A stretch of 64,000 nucleotides of DNA, taken from contig OX597830.1 of assembly GCA_951406725.2 (NCBI GenBank), positions 57,350,001-57,414,000 on the forward strand, written 5' to 3'. The translations under genes and the position numbers were made by a program. Below, one piece after another: positions 29,025-43,854 of this stretch; positions within the stretch are counted from its first letter, which is position 1; every line of letters begins with the position of its first letter. The DNA comes from Octopus vulgaris (Eukaryota). A model generated the notes under the pieces. The model searched no databases. It was given only the letters and a program-made list of their open reading frames with translations, and had not been told where the DNA came from.

Positions 29025-30111
29025 CTTTATACCAGACGTATTGTGTTCTCTCTACATGTTGAATGTTCATTGAGTAACAGCTCTATCTGTCTGTCTGTCT
29101 TTATCTGCCTTTATCTATCTACCTGTCTATGTCTGTCTGTCTGTCTATATCTATCTATACAGAAATACACAAATTCATGTGTGTGTGTGCGTGCGTGCAT
29201 TGTGCTTGCCTGTACGGATATGTTTGGAATACATGTTTGGCATGCCCATGCAGAATGTGGTCCGAATGAATATGCTCACACACACTTTACATGGAAACAG
29301 AATACAATAAAAAAAAAAACAATAAAAAAAAAACAACAAAAAAGAAAGCAACAAGCCTGACTTCAAGTCAAACATGGGAGAGACTGAAGAATGTTGACAG
29401 TTGGTGTTGAAGTACATGCGACTTGTCTCTAGGGGTTATTTTAAGAGCTTTCTTTTGCCTTCCTTTTTTTGTTATAGAAAATCCGCCAACCCCACCCTCA
29501 AGCAAAGAAATACAATACGCAACAGGACTTAAAAAAACTAAAATAAAAATAAATTTAAATAACTAATACTTATTTTATAAAAACAAAAAAAAAGGTGAAC
29601 AGGTCCTTTTCATTATTATTTTCAAATAAAATATAAAAGAGAGATAAATAATAAATGGAAAGAAAAAGTGGACAAAATATAATTTATTTTTAAAAATGGC
29701 ATTAGAAATATAGAATATAGAAATATAATGGTGGGGAAGGTACAAAATATAATTTCTGTGAATAATAACAAGAAAACTAATAATGGTTCCCAATTTTGGC
29801 CGAAAGCAAGCAGTTTTTGAGGGAGGGGGGGGGAGTCAATTACACTAATCCTAACTCATTTTATGGACCCTCAAACAATGAATTTGAACTCAGGACATAA
29901 AAACAGACAAAATGTTGCTAAGGGTTTTGCCTGGTGGTGTAACAGGCCATCATAATAGTGATCATCTCTAGTATAGGCACAAGGCCTGAAATTTGAGAGA
30001 AGTAGGGGTGGCTAGATGATTTCATCAACCCCAGTGCACAACTGGTACTTATTTTATTGACCCTAAAAGGATGAAAGGTAAGGTTGACCTCAGCAGAATT
30101 TGAACTCAGGA

Positions 30112-31200
30112 ATAATAACAATAATGAAATTATTGTGTACAGTGTACAGGTGCACTACAACCCATCAAAGGTGCACATACAGTACATAGAATTATGTACA
30201 AAAGTCAGGAATGTGAACAGTGTATGAGTCATGCTATACATGTGTGCATGCAGGGATATCGGGTGTAGTGTTGGCAAATTTCAAGAAGCATGGAGGTTTT
30301 AAAGGATGCAATTACTTGGTAACTAACAACTAATGCAGGTAGTTTGTTTGCTCCATGCTTCAGCAATCTTGAGTGTGAAAAAATGTTTCTCAAAGTCATG
30401 GGAGCTGTGCTGTTTTCTGGCTTTGTAGGCATGCCCATGTGTAGGTGTTCCCAGACGTCGGAGCTTCAATGTATCTATGCCTAGGAAAACAAGACATTCA
30501 GAGTATGGTAGATGCTTGATGGAGGGTATTCGCTTGGTTGCACATCTCTGAACAGTTTCCAGGAGGTTAATGTCCTGAGCAAGATAGGGGTTCCAGACTA
30601 GTGATGCAAATTCCAAGTGTAGCCATACACAGCGTTAAATAGATAGCTGGAGAGCAGCTGACAAAGGTCTTGCTGAGTGATGCCAAGACACCCTCAGCCT
30701 TCTTGATAATTTTAGAGATGTGCTTTGTCCAATGCAAATTGCTGTTGAGAGTTATGCCCAGGTCACATTCACAAGAATACTTCACGATATTAGTGTTGTG
30801 GAGAAGGCATGTGGACGCTGGGATTTTCCTCCCAAAATGCATGATTGTACACTTGTCCACAGCCAGCTTTAGTTGCCCATCCATGATCCATTGTTGCATT
30901 GTGTTTGGGTCCAATTGCAGGAAAGGTGCATAGTGTTCAGGATCTGTCCTTTTTATCAAGACACAGCTTGATGTCATCTGCATATTTCAGCACTGTGGCA
31001 TTCCTTAAGTTGGCATCTATGTCATTAATGTATGCAACAAACAAAAGGGGACCAAAAACAGATCCCTGCAGTACATCTCATCTCAGAGGGTGAAGAATGT
31101 TGTCCTAAAACCGTGACTACATCTTTTTGACTGGGAATGAATGACTCCAACCAGTTAAAAAGATCATCTTTCACACCAATACAAAGCATTTTGTTTGACA
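30112..31200 (-). mobile_element. CR1-clade LINE, 5'-truncated ORF2 (RT) pseudogene
   Basis: QGSVFGPLLFVAYIND, KYADDIKL, ECDLGI and EFASLVWNPY...LETVQRCATKRIP...YSE.L..LG..TLKLRRL motifs; (ATT)n-like tail. Confidence 0.9.
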
Positions 31201-31239
31201 TGCTAACTTTCTGCCAGTTTGTAAAAACTAATAATAATA

Positions 31240-31690
31240 ATCCTTTCTATGACAGACACAAGGTCTGAAATTTTGGGGGAGGGGACTAGTCGATTACATT
31301 GACCCCAGTGTTTCACTGGTACTTTATTTATTAACCCCAAAAGGATGAAAGGCAAAATCGACCTCAGCAGAATTTGATCTCTGAATGTAATGACAGACAA
31401 AATACTGCTCAGCACTTTGCTTTTGATGCTAACGATTCAGCCAGCTCACTGCCTTAATGATGATGATGATGATGATGATTTCAAATTGTGACACAAGGCC
31501 AGCAATTTCAGAGGAGGGGGGTAAGTCAATTACATCAACCCCAGTGCTCAACTGGTACATATTTTTATCGACCCAAAAAGGATGAAAGGCAAAGTTAACC
31601 TTGGCAAAATCTCAACACAGAACATAAAGATGGATGAAATGCCACCAAGCGTTTTGCCCAGTGTGCAAACAGTTCTGCTAGCTTGTCACT
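31240..31690 (-). mobile_element. Two tandem SINE family B copies
   Basis: Match the other family B copies. Confidence 0.78.
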
Positions 31691-33289
31691 TTGATGGCAT
31701 GCACTGCTCTCTCACTCAATAATAATAATAATAATAACAATGTCAGAAATGCATTTGAAAAGGAAAAATAAAATTCTGAAGAAATATTAATTTTTAAAAA
31801 AACTTATATTATACCAATAATACCACTAGTACTACACTAATGTGATGATGATGATAATGATGATAATTCCAGAAATGCCTTTAAAAATCAAATCTAAAAA
31901 ATACTAAAGTAAATGGACTATAAAAATTTAATAAACGAATAAAGAAATAAAGAATGTAAAATACATAAAAAAATAAAGCAAGCTAAATAAAAATATGTAT
32001 TTGAAAATTGTCCTGACAAAGTGGAGGAAGAAAAGAAATAGAAAATCAGAAAATACTTAAAAAAAAAAAAGAAAAGAATTTAATTCCTATGACTAATCAA
32101 GGGACGTACAATGTGAATATATAATTTGAAATAACAAACAAAGCTAAGGTGTGTAATTTTTTGTGTGAAATATTCAAGTCGTTTTTGCAGTGACAAATAG
32201 GAAAAATTAGAAAAGAAAATACAAATTACATAAAAGTAAAATTAAATTGAAAACAATCAAAAAGCAAATTGTTGGTCAAATATATTATTATAAGCAGTCT
32301 TCCCTCCCCAGATGGAAGTTCAGATTAAACCTTTTCTTTATCACTTGCTTGTTTATTTTTAAGTAGAATGATAGAGTGAATAGTGACATGCATTGTGTAA
32401 TAACGGAGAAGACAGCTTCTGTCAACTTGTTAATATTTCTCTTCTTTGCAACAAGACAGCCAACTGATGACATGTCTTGATTGCTTTCATTGTAGAATGG
32501 CAAACATTTCTAACAACCCCACCCCACCTGCTAAACCAGTACACCCCCACACCTTATTCCGCTTCAAACTCACACAGAGATTGTTGGTCAATACATGGGC
32601 TGCTAGACTTAATGCCAATTTGGCACTTTAGAATCCAGTTTGACATGAAGAAATTTTCCCATCTCTCTAAACCTTACTTAAGCTTATTTAGGCTTATTCT
32701 TGTATTCCACTGACATAATTAAGAAGGGGTGGATTGGCCAAAACAGTAAGGGTATCAGTTAAGTAGTGACTGGCAATATTCAGTTGTGTCCTTCCACACA
32801 TTTTCAGTTCCAATGCCCATCAAGGTCAACTTTGCAGTCCATCTAGTGATTGATAAAAATAAAGTATCAATCAAACATAGAAGTGATTGAACTGACGTGT
32901 TCCTTTCTGTAAAATTTGGTAATTCTGTATCAATGTAAGAAACCATTCATTTTATTACTCTGTCTCAGAGATCAATAGTTTGCTTTACATTACCTCAGTA
33001 ATATCAGTCATCGACTGGACCATTACAAATGTGTAGTTTTGTTTCAATGAGAGTCAACATCTAGTGGTGAAGTACTCTGAAAGGGGGTGATTAAAGTAGA
33101 TCAATAGGATTTAGCAAAGAATTAGCAATAAAGAAAAACAGACAAGAGTGGAAGCTTTGGAGCAAATTAGAAGAGGAAATTAAGAAAAGCATTCCAGCCA
33201 ATGGGCTAACAGCTGAGAATGCTGCTGAGCAATTTATCTCCTCAATACAAGACATGAAAGTTGTGTTGTTAGAGCTAAGATACATGTGT

Positions 33290-33611
33290 TGTAAAACAAA
33301 AGAATGAAAGCCATTCATATGGACTGAGATGTGGTAGCTATGACACCCATCCAGTCATTGATGAAAGAGGACAGACTCATGCTATTTGATTTCAATCAGA
33401 TGAGTGCAGCTTTCCAGGTGCATTTTGCTCAACTGTTCAAAGCAAATGGTGGACTGGAGACAAGCAGCAGTGCCTACCTTGACAGCATGCTGCAGATCTC
33501 AGAGCAAGGGCTGCTGCAAAAATGACAATGACTAAAGCTAAAATATGTTAGCATTACATAATTGTGCAAAGGTTAAATTAACTGGTTTGAATAGAGTATC
33601 CTACAAGCTTT

Positions 33612-33650
<39 letters not shown>

Positions 33651-34545
33651 CATGTAAGACAGCTTTGTGAAAACTTCTGGAAACAGAAAAGGAAAATTCC
33701 TCGTCCTGTGGGCCGAGAAGTAGTAGCACCGTTGGGGAAGGATGTAAACAAGAACATTATTAATAATCTGTAACCCATAACTTTACTGAATTCAGAGCTC
33801 AAGATTTTAGCAAAGGTGCTAACAGACATTGGCACTAGTCAGTAGTGGTTGTGAGTGTGGAAACTTACATGATCCCAGGCAGATTTATGCATGACCTCCA
33901 ACATTGTAGAAAGGATGGGTAACAATCTTGGTTTCAGTGGGACTCTAATCAATATGGATCAATCAAAAGCTTTTGATAAGATCATTTACTGTTATTTGGC
34001 AGCTGTCCTCACAGCAGCCTGTTTCAGTCCTGTTTTCAAAAGGCTGGATTGCTTCAATATACAGCAACATCTGTTCGGTTGTTTGACTAAATGGACATCT
34101 GTTGGAACTTATCTCAATCATATACTCAATCAGTCAAGGATACTCCCTCATCCTTTCTGTATGTAGTGATTCTCAAACCTGCTGTGGCAACTGGAAGTGT
34201 TGAAGAGCATCCTGTTTGAATGGGAAGCGAGAGAACTGTATCAGGCAACATCATTATATCAGTGCTCAACATCATGAAAAGTCAAAGGGGTAATCATCAT
34301 TCGAAAGGAATATAAAGTGGTAACAGGAAGAAAAATTGACACAGAGAAATCAGTGGGCTTCAAATTGGTACCCATAGAATCGAATCTATATTGGTGGTCC
34401 CGTGTCAGACTAGTTAAATTATCTGGGTTTTGGTTCAATCCAGACTTCAAGGGATAAGATTACAAGCAAAATGGACAGTCTCACTCAGAAATGAACTGAA
34501 AGGAAATTATTCCAGAAAGGATGGCCATGGGTCACAAACAGGTAC
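33290..34545 (+). mobile_element. Tx1/L1-clade LINE RT-domain remnant
   Basis: PITLLNSELKILAKVL, IPGR.MHD and LINMDQSKAFDKI motifs, with many stops and frameshifts. Confidence 0.8.
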
Positions 34546-34549
34546 ATCG

Positions 34550-35525
34550 CATCACCATCATCACCATCATCATCATCGTTTAATGTCTGTTTTCCATGCT
34601 GGCATAGGTAGGACGATTTGACTGAGGACTGGTGAACCAGGTGGCTGTAGCAGGCTCCAATTTGATCAGGCAGTTTCTACTGCTGGACGCCCTTCCTAAC
34701 ACCAACCACTCCAAGAGTGTAGTGGGTGCTTTTACATGCCACCGGCACGAGGGCCAGTCAGGCAGTACTGGCAATGGCCACACTCAAATGGTGTTTTTTA
34801 TGTGCCACCTGCACAGGAGCCAGTCCAGTGGCACTGACAACGACCTCGCTCGAATGTTTTTTCATGTGCCACCAGCACAGAAGCCAGTCAGCATGCCCAA
34901 ATGCTGCTCTTAGCGCTCCACTGGCACAGGTGCCAGTCATCAAATTTGATTTGATTTCAATTTCACTTGCCTCAACAGGTCTTCACAAGCAGAGTTTAGT
35001 GTCCAATGAAGGAAAGGTACACATAAGTGGGCTGGTTACACCCCTGGCATAGGCTACAAGATATGGTCTCACTTGGCTTGCCGGGTCTTCTCAAGAACTG
35101 CATATTTCCAAAGGTCCCAGTCACTAGTCATTGCCTCGGTGAGGCCTAATGTTCGAAGGTCATGCTTCACCACCTCATCCCAGATCTTCCTGGGTCTACC
35201 TCTTCCACAGGTTCCCTCAATCGCTAGGGTGTGGCACTTTTTCACACTGCTAGCCTCATCCATTCTCACCACAAGACCACACCAGCGTAGTTGACTCTCT
35301 TGCACACCACATCTGATGCTTCTTAGGTCCGACTTTTCTCTCAAAGTACTTACACTATGTCAAGTACGCACATTGACATTACACATCCAGCAAAGCACAC
35401 TGGCTTCGTTCTTGCAAGCTTACGCATGTCCTCAGCAGTCACAGCCCATGTTTCACTGCCATGTAGCATGGCTGTTCGTACACATGCGTCATAGTCTACC
35501 TTTTACTCTGAGCGAGACTCTGGGA
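34550..35525 (-). mobile_element. RTE-clade LINE 3' fragment (ORF C-terminus, 3' UTR, (GAT)n tail)
   Basis: LRWCGLVVRMDE...VKK...EGTCGRGRPRKIWDEVVKHDL...LWK motif typical of the RTE C-terminus. Confidence 0.88.
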
Positions 35526-36684
35526 CTCACAAAAAAAACAAAAACATGTCAGTGGAATACTCAGCCGGTTAAACATTAATTTAACAAATGGGTATGCATG
35601 TCTATGGGGTACTGAACCACTTGCATGTTAATTTCATGAACAGCAAGCTGTTCCGTTGATCAGATCTACTGGAATACCCATTGCTATAACTGAAAGAATA
35701 TCAATGAAATGATGGGAAGAGGTTGAGTTGGAGGGAGAAGAGAATGGCTGGCAACAGAAGAAGTGGATGAAGGCAGACTTGGATAATGAGTGAGATGGGT
35801 GGCAATGGATAAAAGATTAGACCATATTTGTCAGCAGCAATAGTTGTTTTTAGTGTCATTCATGAGGCAAAAGCAATTGGTATTTCATGACATATTTCTC
35901 TTTTAATGACGACCCATCTGTGACCTCCTCTTCGAAAGTCAAATTAAAATTTCAATCAAAATCTTATACTATGGGAGATATTGTGAGATATTTGTGGATT
36001 AGTGTCAGTATAACAACAAGCCTCTGTCAGCAGTTCTCAAGCACAGCTCCCAGGGCCACATGTGCCCTCTAGCATCCTTCTGGCGGCCCTTGACCATTTT
36101 GTTTTTAAATTGAATCTCAAAGAGGAAACATCCTAACTTGATTGCTAATGCACAGAAAATGCCTCTGTATTTGGTTCAACATGTGTGTGTGTGTGTGTTT
36201 GTGAGAGAGAGAAGCAGTGTTCAGAAAACCGATGGGTATCAAAACAAAATATTGCAACTAAATGACTGACCAATCATATCAACCAGCTGTACTGCACCAT
36301 ACGCCCAGAACCCTCATTCGGACAAACTACTTGAAAGTTTCATGTCAAAATCAAAGTTTCATCTCAAAATCCATTGCCTTACGATTTTTTAGGGTCTTCC
36401 TTTTATAAATATAAATTTTTCTTTAATCAACTTTTTTTTGTTTGTTTTTTCTTTATGGTGCGCTTGACTAAAATATCACATAACCAGCTAGAAATAACAG
36501 CTAAATCTCTATCACCGACCACCTTAAAAAAGCACATTGGCTCGTATAATGCTGGATATACTTTGATTCTAAAAAAATTAAAATAATGAAAAAAAAAATG
36601 AATGTACACAGATAGAATGCCTCACCTTTAAGCTTAGGTGTGTTTAATCTGGACTTAATTGTGTCTGAATAATATCCATAGGCA

Positions 36685-37032
36685 AAGGCATGGCTGTGTG
36701 GCTTAGAAGCCCACTTTGCAACCATGGGATTTCGGGTTCAGTCTCACTGCATGGCACCTTGGACAAGTGCCTTCTAATATAGCCCCAGGTCAACCAATGC
36801 TTTGTGAATGAATTTGGTAAATGGAAACTGAAAGAAGCTCTGTGTGAACACCAGTTTCTCACCACCACCACTACTTGACAACTGGTATGTCACTTAGTAG
36901 TTCAGCAAAGGAGACTGATGTGATAATTACCAGACTTAAGTATCAGGGTCAGTGTGTTCAACTAAAACCAGTCAAGGCAGTGCTCCAGCATGGCCACAGT
37001 GTGATGACTGGGACAAGTAAAAAATAAAAGAT
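36685..37032 (+). mobile_element. SINE family A copy
   Basis: Head, core and tail match the other copies. Confidence 0.75.
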
Positions 37033-37720
37033 AAATATTTTAAAATTACAGGTATTTTACTAAAATCCTCCAAAATTTTGATTATATTAAGTACTTAAAT
37101 GAAACACTATCAAGTTTAGTCATTAAAAATATAACCATGAAAGATAAAATAAAGCGCAATAATTATGATAAATATTGAATTATGATTAAGGAGGTCTATA
37201 AAACTGCATAAACACTGTTGGTCATTAGAGCCCCTACCCTGGCCCAAACCACTAATGTCTTCGCTCGCTTTCTTTCACCTCCCCCACAAGGAAGAAGACT
37301 ACAGCAAAATATAGTCGAATGGAAGTTCATCAACAACCTTGATTGACTTAACTCCACTTAAGTAGCTGGCAGCTTGAAACAATAATAAAAGCCAAACAGA
37401 AGTCAACTAACAACAGTTAATAAAAAAAAACTACCTTCCATATAGAGGAAAAGGCTGCATGCACACACACACACACACACAGAGAAAGAATTACATTTAT
37501 ACATACATACACATACACATTACATAAAAATGTGTGTGTGTGTGTGTATGAGAGAGAGAGAAGAGATCTATATTATGCAGGCCTATATACAAGTAAGTTC
37601 ACTATTTTGAACACTTGTCAAATAACAAGTTTAAAGCGCTCTTAAAGAAAGTGCTGAATAGATGAGAGATGATGATAATAATAATAATAACAATAACAAT
37701 AATAATAATAATAATAATAA

Positions 37721-38620
37721 ATGCCCTGATGCAGTACCAGGCAGTGGCAATGCCCTGATGCAGTACCAGGCAGTGGCTATGCCCTGATGCAGTACCAGGC
37801 AGTGGCTATGCCCTGATGCAGTACCAGGCAGTGGCTCTCATGGCTTCTGATCTTAACTGATTGGAAGTGTCATCATGTACATTGTTTTGTCTTGGTATAA
37901 AAGATGAGCTACAGCAAATATTCTGCTCAATACCACAGATTTGCTTGTCAGTTGTTTGACCATGACCAGTTGAGCATGTCCCTTAGTGGCTGACGATATG
38001 TGCATCTCTGATCACGAGCAGAAGTAGTGGGGGAGCATCTCTGATCACGAGCAGAAGTAGTGGGGGAGCATCATAGCCATGTGTTGAGAGGGATTCTTTG
38101 GGGTTTGAATAATTCACCTCTGGAAACATGGGTGTTTCGTTCAACATCCTTAACCCTTTAGTGTTCGCATTATTCTGCCAAAATTAATCCTTTTTTATCC
38201 ACATTGCTTTGAACTAATTATGTATTATCTTGTAGCTATGAGATTATGATGATGTAGCTGTTAATTTTTAAAACGATATTGTAGGGTTAGTGTGAGAGAC
38301 CAGATCTGCCCAGTTTGAACATAAAACAGGCAGAATACTTCTGGCCGGATATGGCCGGTTTAAATGCTAAAGGGTTAAACAACCCTTATTCAGGGACCTT
38401 TCGAGTGGGATGGGTTACTCAACCTGAAGAAAATTCTAACTGGGTCCCACCTGCAAGGTCATGTGCTGTTTATCTTGATATGAGATCACCATGTGCGCAC
38501 ATATGGTTGTGATGCATGTGCCTGGTGTACCCTTATCAGACGGGTAGTCATGATGGGTATACTGGGCTTCGTATATTTTACCCCAGTGTCACTTTGATGG
38601 CATGCACTGCTCTCTCACTC
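37721..38620. mobile_element. ~560-bp non-coding interspersed element in (AAT)n, with a 4x29-bp terminal tandem and a nested MITE
   Basis: A second copy at 40062-40619 has the same two termini; a terminal fragment lies at about 31685-31717. Confidence 0.75.
38154..38374. mobile_element. piggyBac-type MITE with TTAA target duplication
   Basis: TIR ccctttag.../...ctaaaggg with TTAA on both sides. The paralogous host element near 40370 shows the empty site with a single TTAA. Confidence 0.9.
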
Positions 38621-38622
38621 CT

Positions 38623-39815
<1,193 letters not shown>

Positions 39816-40061
39816 AATAATAATGATGATAATAATAATAATAATAATGTTTTCTTTATTTACCTACACCAAGGGTGAAATATTATGAAGACAAAAAAAA
39901 AACAGTAAAGTGAGGATGCTATATCATATTGCATTTGAAAAATAGGAACAGACAGATTGGGTAAACTAGAACACTTTTGACTGCTAAATCCCAATTGCCT
40001 TAACATTGCTTGCTTTCTGTGGCTAGTCCACAAACAACAACAGCAACAATAATAATAATAA

Positions 40062-40619
40062 ATGCCCTGATGCAGTACCAGGCAGTGGCTTTCATGGCTT
40101 CTGATCTTAACTGATTGGAAGTGTTATCATGTACATTGCTTTGTTTTGGTATAAAAGATGGCCTACAGCAAATATTCTGCTCAATACCACAGATTTGCTT
40201 GTCAGTTGTTTGACCTTAACCAGTTGAGCATGTCCCTTAGTGGCTGACGATATGTGCATCTCTGATCATGAGCAGAAGTAGTGGGGGAGCATCATAGCCA
40301 TGTGTTGAGAGGGAATCTTTAGGGTTTGAATAATTCACCTCTGGAAACATGGGAGTTTCATTCAACATCCTTAAAACAACCCTTGTTCAGGCACCTTTTG
40401 AGTAGGAGGGGCTACTCGCCCTGAAGAAAATTCTAACTGGGCCCCACCTACAAGGTCATATGCTGCTTATCTTGATAGGAGATCACCATGTCATGCACAT
40501 ATGGTTGTGATGGTGGTGCCTGGTGTACCCTTATCAGATGGGTAGTCATGATACGTGTACTGGGCTCAGTATATTTGTACCCCATTGTCATTTTAATGGC
40601 GTTTGCTGTTCTTTCACTC
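40062..40619. mobile_element. Second copy of the ~560-bp (AAT)n-associated element
   Basis: Aligns end to end with 37808-38620 once the MITE is removed. Confidence 0.8.
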
Positions 40620-40840
40620 AATAATAATAATCCCTTCTACTACAGACAGAAGATCTGAAATTGGGGGGGGGGGCTAGTTGGTTACATCAACCCCAGAGTT
40701 CAACTGGTACTTATTTTGTCAACTCTGAAAGGATAAAAGGCTAAGTCAGCCTCAACGAAATTTGAACTTAGAACATAAGGACAGACAAAATGCTGCTTAG
40801 CATTTTGTTTGGCACACTAAGAATTCTATCTGCTCATGAC

Positions 40841-40915
<75 letters not shown>

Positions 40916-41436
40916 CCTTTCTATTATAGGCAGAAGAACTTGAAATGGGGGTGACTAGTCAATTCTATTGACCCCAGAATTTGACCGGTACCTATTTTAT
41001 TAACTCCAAAAGGATGAAAGGCAAGTCAGCCTTGAAGCTGGTAAAGTTGGGGACTGCACCAGGCTCCATTATCTGTTTTGGCATATTTTCTATGGTTGAG
41101 TGCCCTTCCTAACAGCAACCACTTTACTGGGTGCTTTTTACATGGCACCAACACCAGTGCATTTTCCACCACACCAGTACCAGTGCATTTTGCATGGCAC
41201 CAGTGCCAGCAGGGTCACCAAGCAATTTTGCAAGACAAAACTCCACAACTGGAAGGCAAGGAGTAATATTGAGGCAGGGGTACCTTTGTGGCAGTCAATA
41301 GGTTAAAAGGTAGGGACATGGGTAGGTGCCTTGCTGTAGACTAGCTGCATGGATACCCCAGTTGAGTCAAAGAGTAAGATGAAAAGAGCAACAGTGGGGG
41401 GAAATGATGGCAAAGATGTGTTGAGACATAACCTTG

Positions 41437-41530
41437 AAGGACAATGGGGTTGGTGAGGAATTGACCTTGAGGGACATTAGGGGTGGTGAGGAATTGACCT
41501 TGAGGGACATTAGGGGTGGTGAGGAATAAG
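41437..41530. repeat. 33-bp tandem repeat, about 2.5 copies
   Basis: gaattgaccttgagggacattaggggtggtgag is repeated. Confidence 0.75.
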
Positions 41531-41832
41531 TGAGGTGATAGAGGTTTGGACTGGGTGATGCATACACCTGGGTGTCTATGTTTATGTGCATTTGGTGTAA
41601 TTAGCAGAGGTATTCACATCAGTAAACAAAAGAAATCTGCAAACATTATGTAAAACTTAACCATCTGATAAATAGAGATCGATAAAATTACTAGACTAAG
41701 TACTGAAACCAAGATAATTGATTAAAACATTTTAAAGGTGGTGCCCCAGCATGGTCATGATTCAATGACTGAAATCAGTAAAAGAAGACAAAAATACAAG
41801 AAAAGAACCCAGGTGATAATGTATTCAGTTCA

Positions 41833-41882
41833 AAGCCTTGTGAGCAGATTTGGTAGATGGAAACTGAAAGAAGCCTGTCATA

Positions 41883-41935
<53 letters not shown>

Positions 41936-42145
41936 CTGTGTCTTTGTGTCCTCCACCACTACTTGAGAACTGGTGTTGGTGTGTTTACATCCCCATAACT
42001 TAGCTGTTCAGCAAGAAAGACTGATAGAATAAATACCAGGTTTAAAAGAAAAAAAGTACTGCCATTGATTCACTCGACTAAACATTCAAGGTGGTACCCC
42101 AGCATGGCCACAGTCTAATGACTTAAAACAAGTAAAAGATAAAAT
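41833..42145 (+). mobile_element. SINE family A copy (5'-truncated)
   Basis: Core-to-tail match. Confidence 0.72.
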
Positions 42146-43599
42146 AAAAATATACATACATATACATATATGTAAATACACACACACAGACACACACACA
42201 CACACACACGTAAGTCTACTCAACAAAGGTTGGCATGAGTCTAAATAATAAAAACTTATCGAATTGTCAACAGTCTAAGAAATAGCAGCCTGGCATCTTA
42301 TTCAAGATATGTTAAGAATCGCATTTTGGCATGCTAAAAGTGCTCCCCTGGCATCTTGTCCAAGACATGCTAGAAATGCCATTCTGATATTTCTCAGTAA
42401 GTGCAAGCTTAAAAAGTGAAAAAGAAAAGCTTCATCCAGCTTGAAGAATTTATACAGAGCCCCAACACACGAAATAAGTGATTATCTCTGCATCCCAAAC
42501 ATTTACCTAACAAAAACAACAACAATCAATAAAGATAGCATCTAAGATGAAGGAGACTTTGTCGTGAGGTAAATAAATATCCTTTGATCTTGTTTACCTC
42601 TTAATTTGTTAGAAACAACCTGAGAAGAATGATTTCAATTAAACGTACAAATAAAGTGTATGACAATACACACTCATACATATATACACAGATAGAGAGT
42701 ATATTACTGTACATTTATATACACACACATGCATAGATATATAAAGAGCTTGTCACTATATATTTACACATACATATACACAACAGGAGTGACACTAAAT
42801 TTAAAATACACACATATAAGGTGTATACATATACATATATCATTATGCATATACACACATGCAAGTTTATAGACACACACTAATGTGCATGTGTATACAC
42901 ACATTTACTATATACACAGGAGAATTTTGAAACTGAACTTAATGCTATCTGCCTAGACAATCTAATTAAATGGAAATAAATGGTTTGGAAGTAAATTATT
43001 TATAGAAGAAGAAGTGAAACAGGTGGATTGGAAGCAGGGTGGGAGAAGGCAACAATCTGAGACTAATCAATTACCCAATTGGATTTAACATGTTAAAATT
43101 CAATCTCAACTGACAGCTAAATATTGGATTTTCTGCAAATTGTCTTTCAAAGAGATTCATCTCTTTATTTCTTTTTTTTTCCCCCTCTTCAAATTTTTGT
43201 TTTTTTATTTTTATTAACTGGCTATATTTAGAATTCATTGATTGATTCTACAATATCTAACAAATGTGATTTCTTTCCCCTCACCACCACCACTCTCACT
43301 CTCTCTCTCTTTCTCATTTATACTCAGTATCATCCTCACATCTTCTCATCAGTTGCTATACTGAGCCAAAGTTATCTACTGGATTTCACCTTCTACGAAT
43401 CCCAAAGAACTGACAATATTGTACACTCTCCAAATGTGCAGTTGCTCACTTTTTAAAGATCCTTCAATCCAGTGTAAGGAGTGTGGAACAAGAAAATGGA
43501 TGCTGTATGTCTCTGTCTACCCCACACATCAAATATATGCAAACATCAATGTCTCTAGAAGAACAATTCTTAACTGCAAGTTTCCTGCTTTCAATAAAC

Positions 43600-43854
43600 C
43601 AGTCTTTTCAACCATTTTTTATCTATGGACTTTCCTGATTCCTATTTTACTTAGTTGTATCTTTATAACCATTTTGTGTCTAAAAAAAATCCCATTATAC
43701 TTTTATAGATTAATATCGTTAGGAATTCTATAAAAAATTATTAAAATACTTCATGTTTTGTAGAAGTATAACCAATCTTTTGCAGGTAAATTTTAACCAC
43801 AAAATCTTGTGCGGATCCCCAAGGGTCATATTAGACCCTGGTTGAGAACCACTG
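43600..43854. mobile_element. hAT/Charlie-type MITE (decayed)
   Basis: Ends cagtcttttcaacc and ggttgagaaccactg are imperfect inverted repeats resembling Charlie-type TIRs. No TSD is preserved. Confidence 0.5.
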
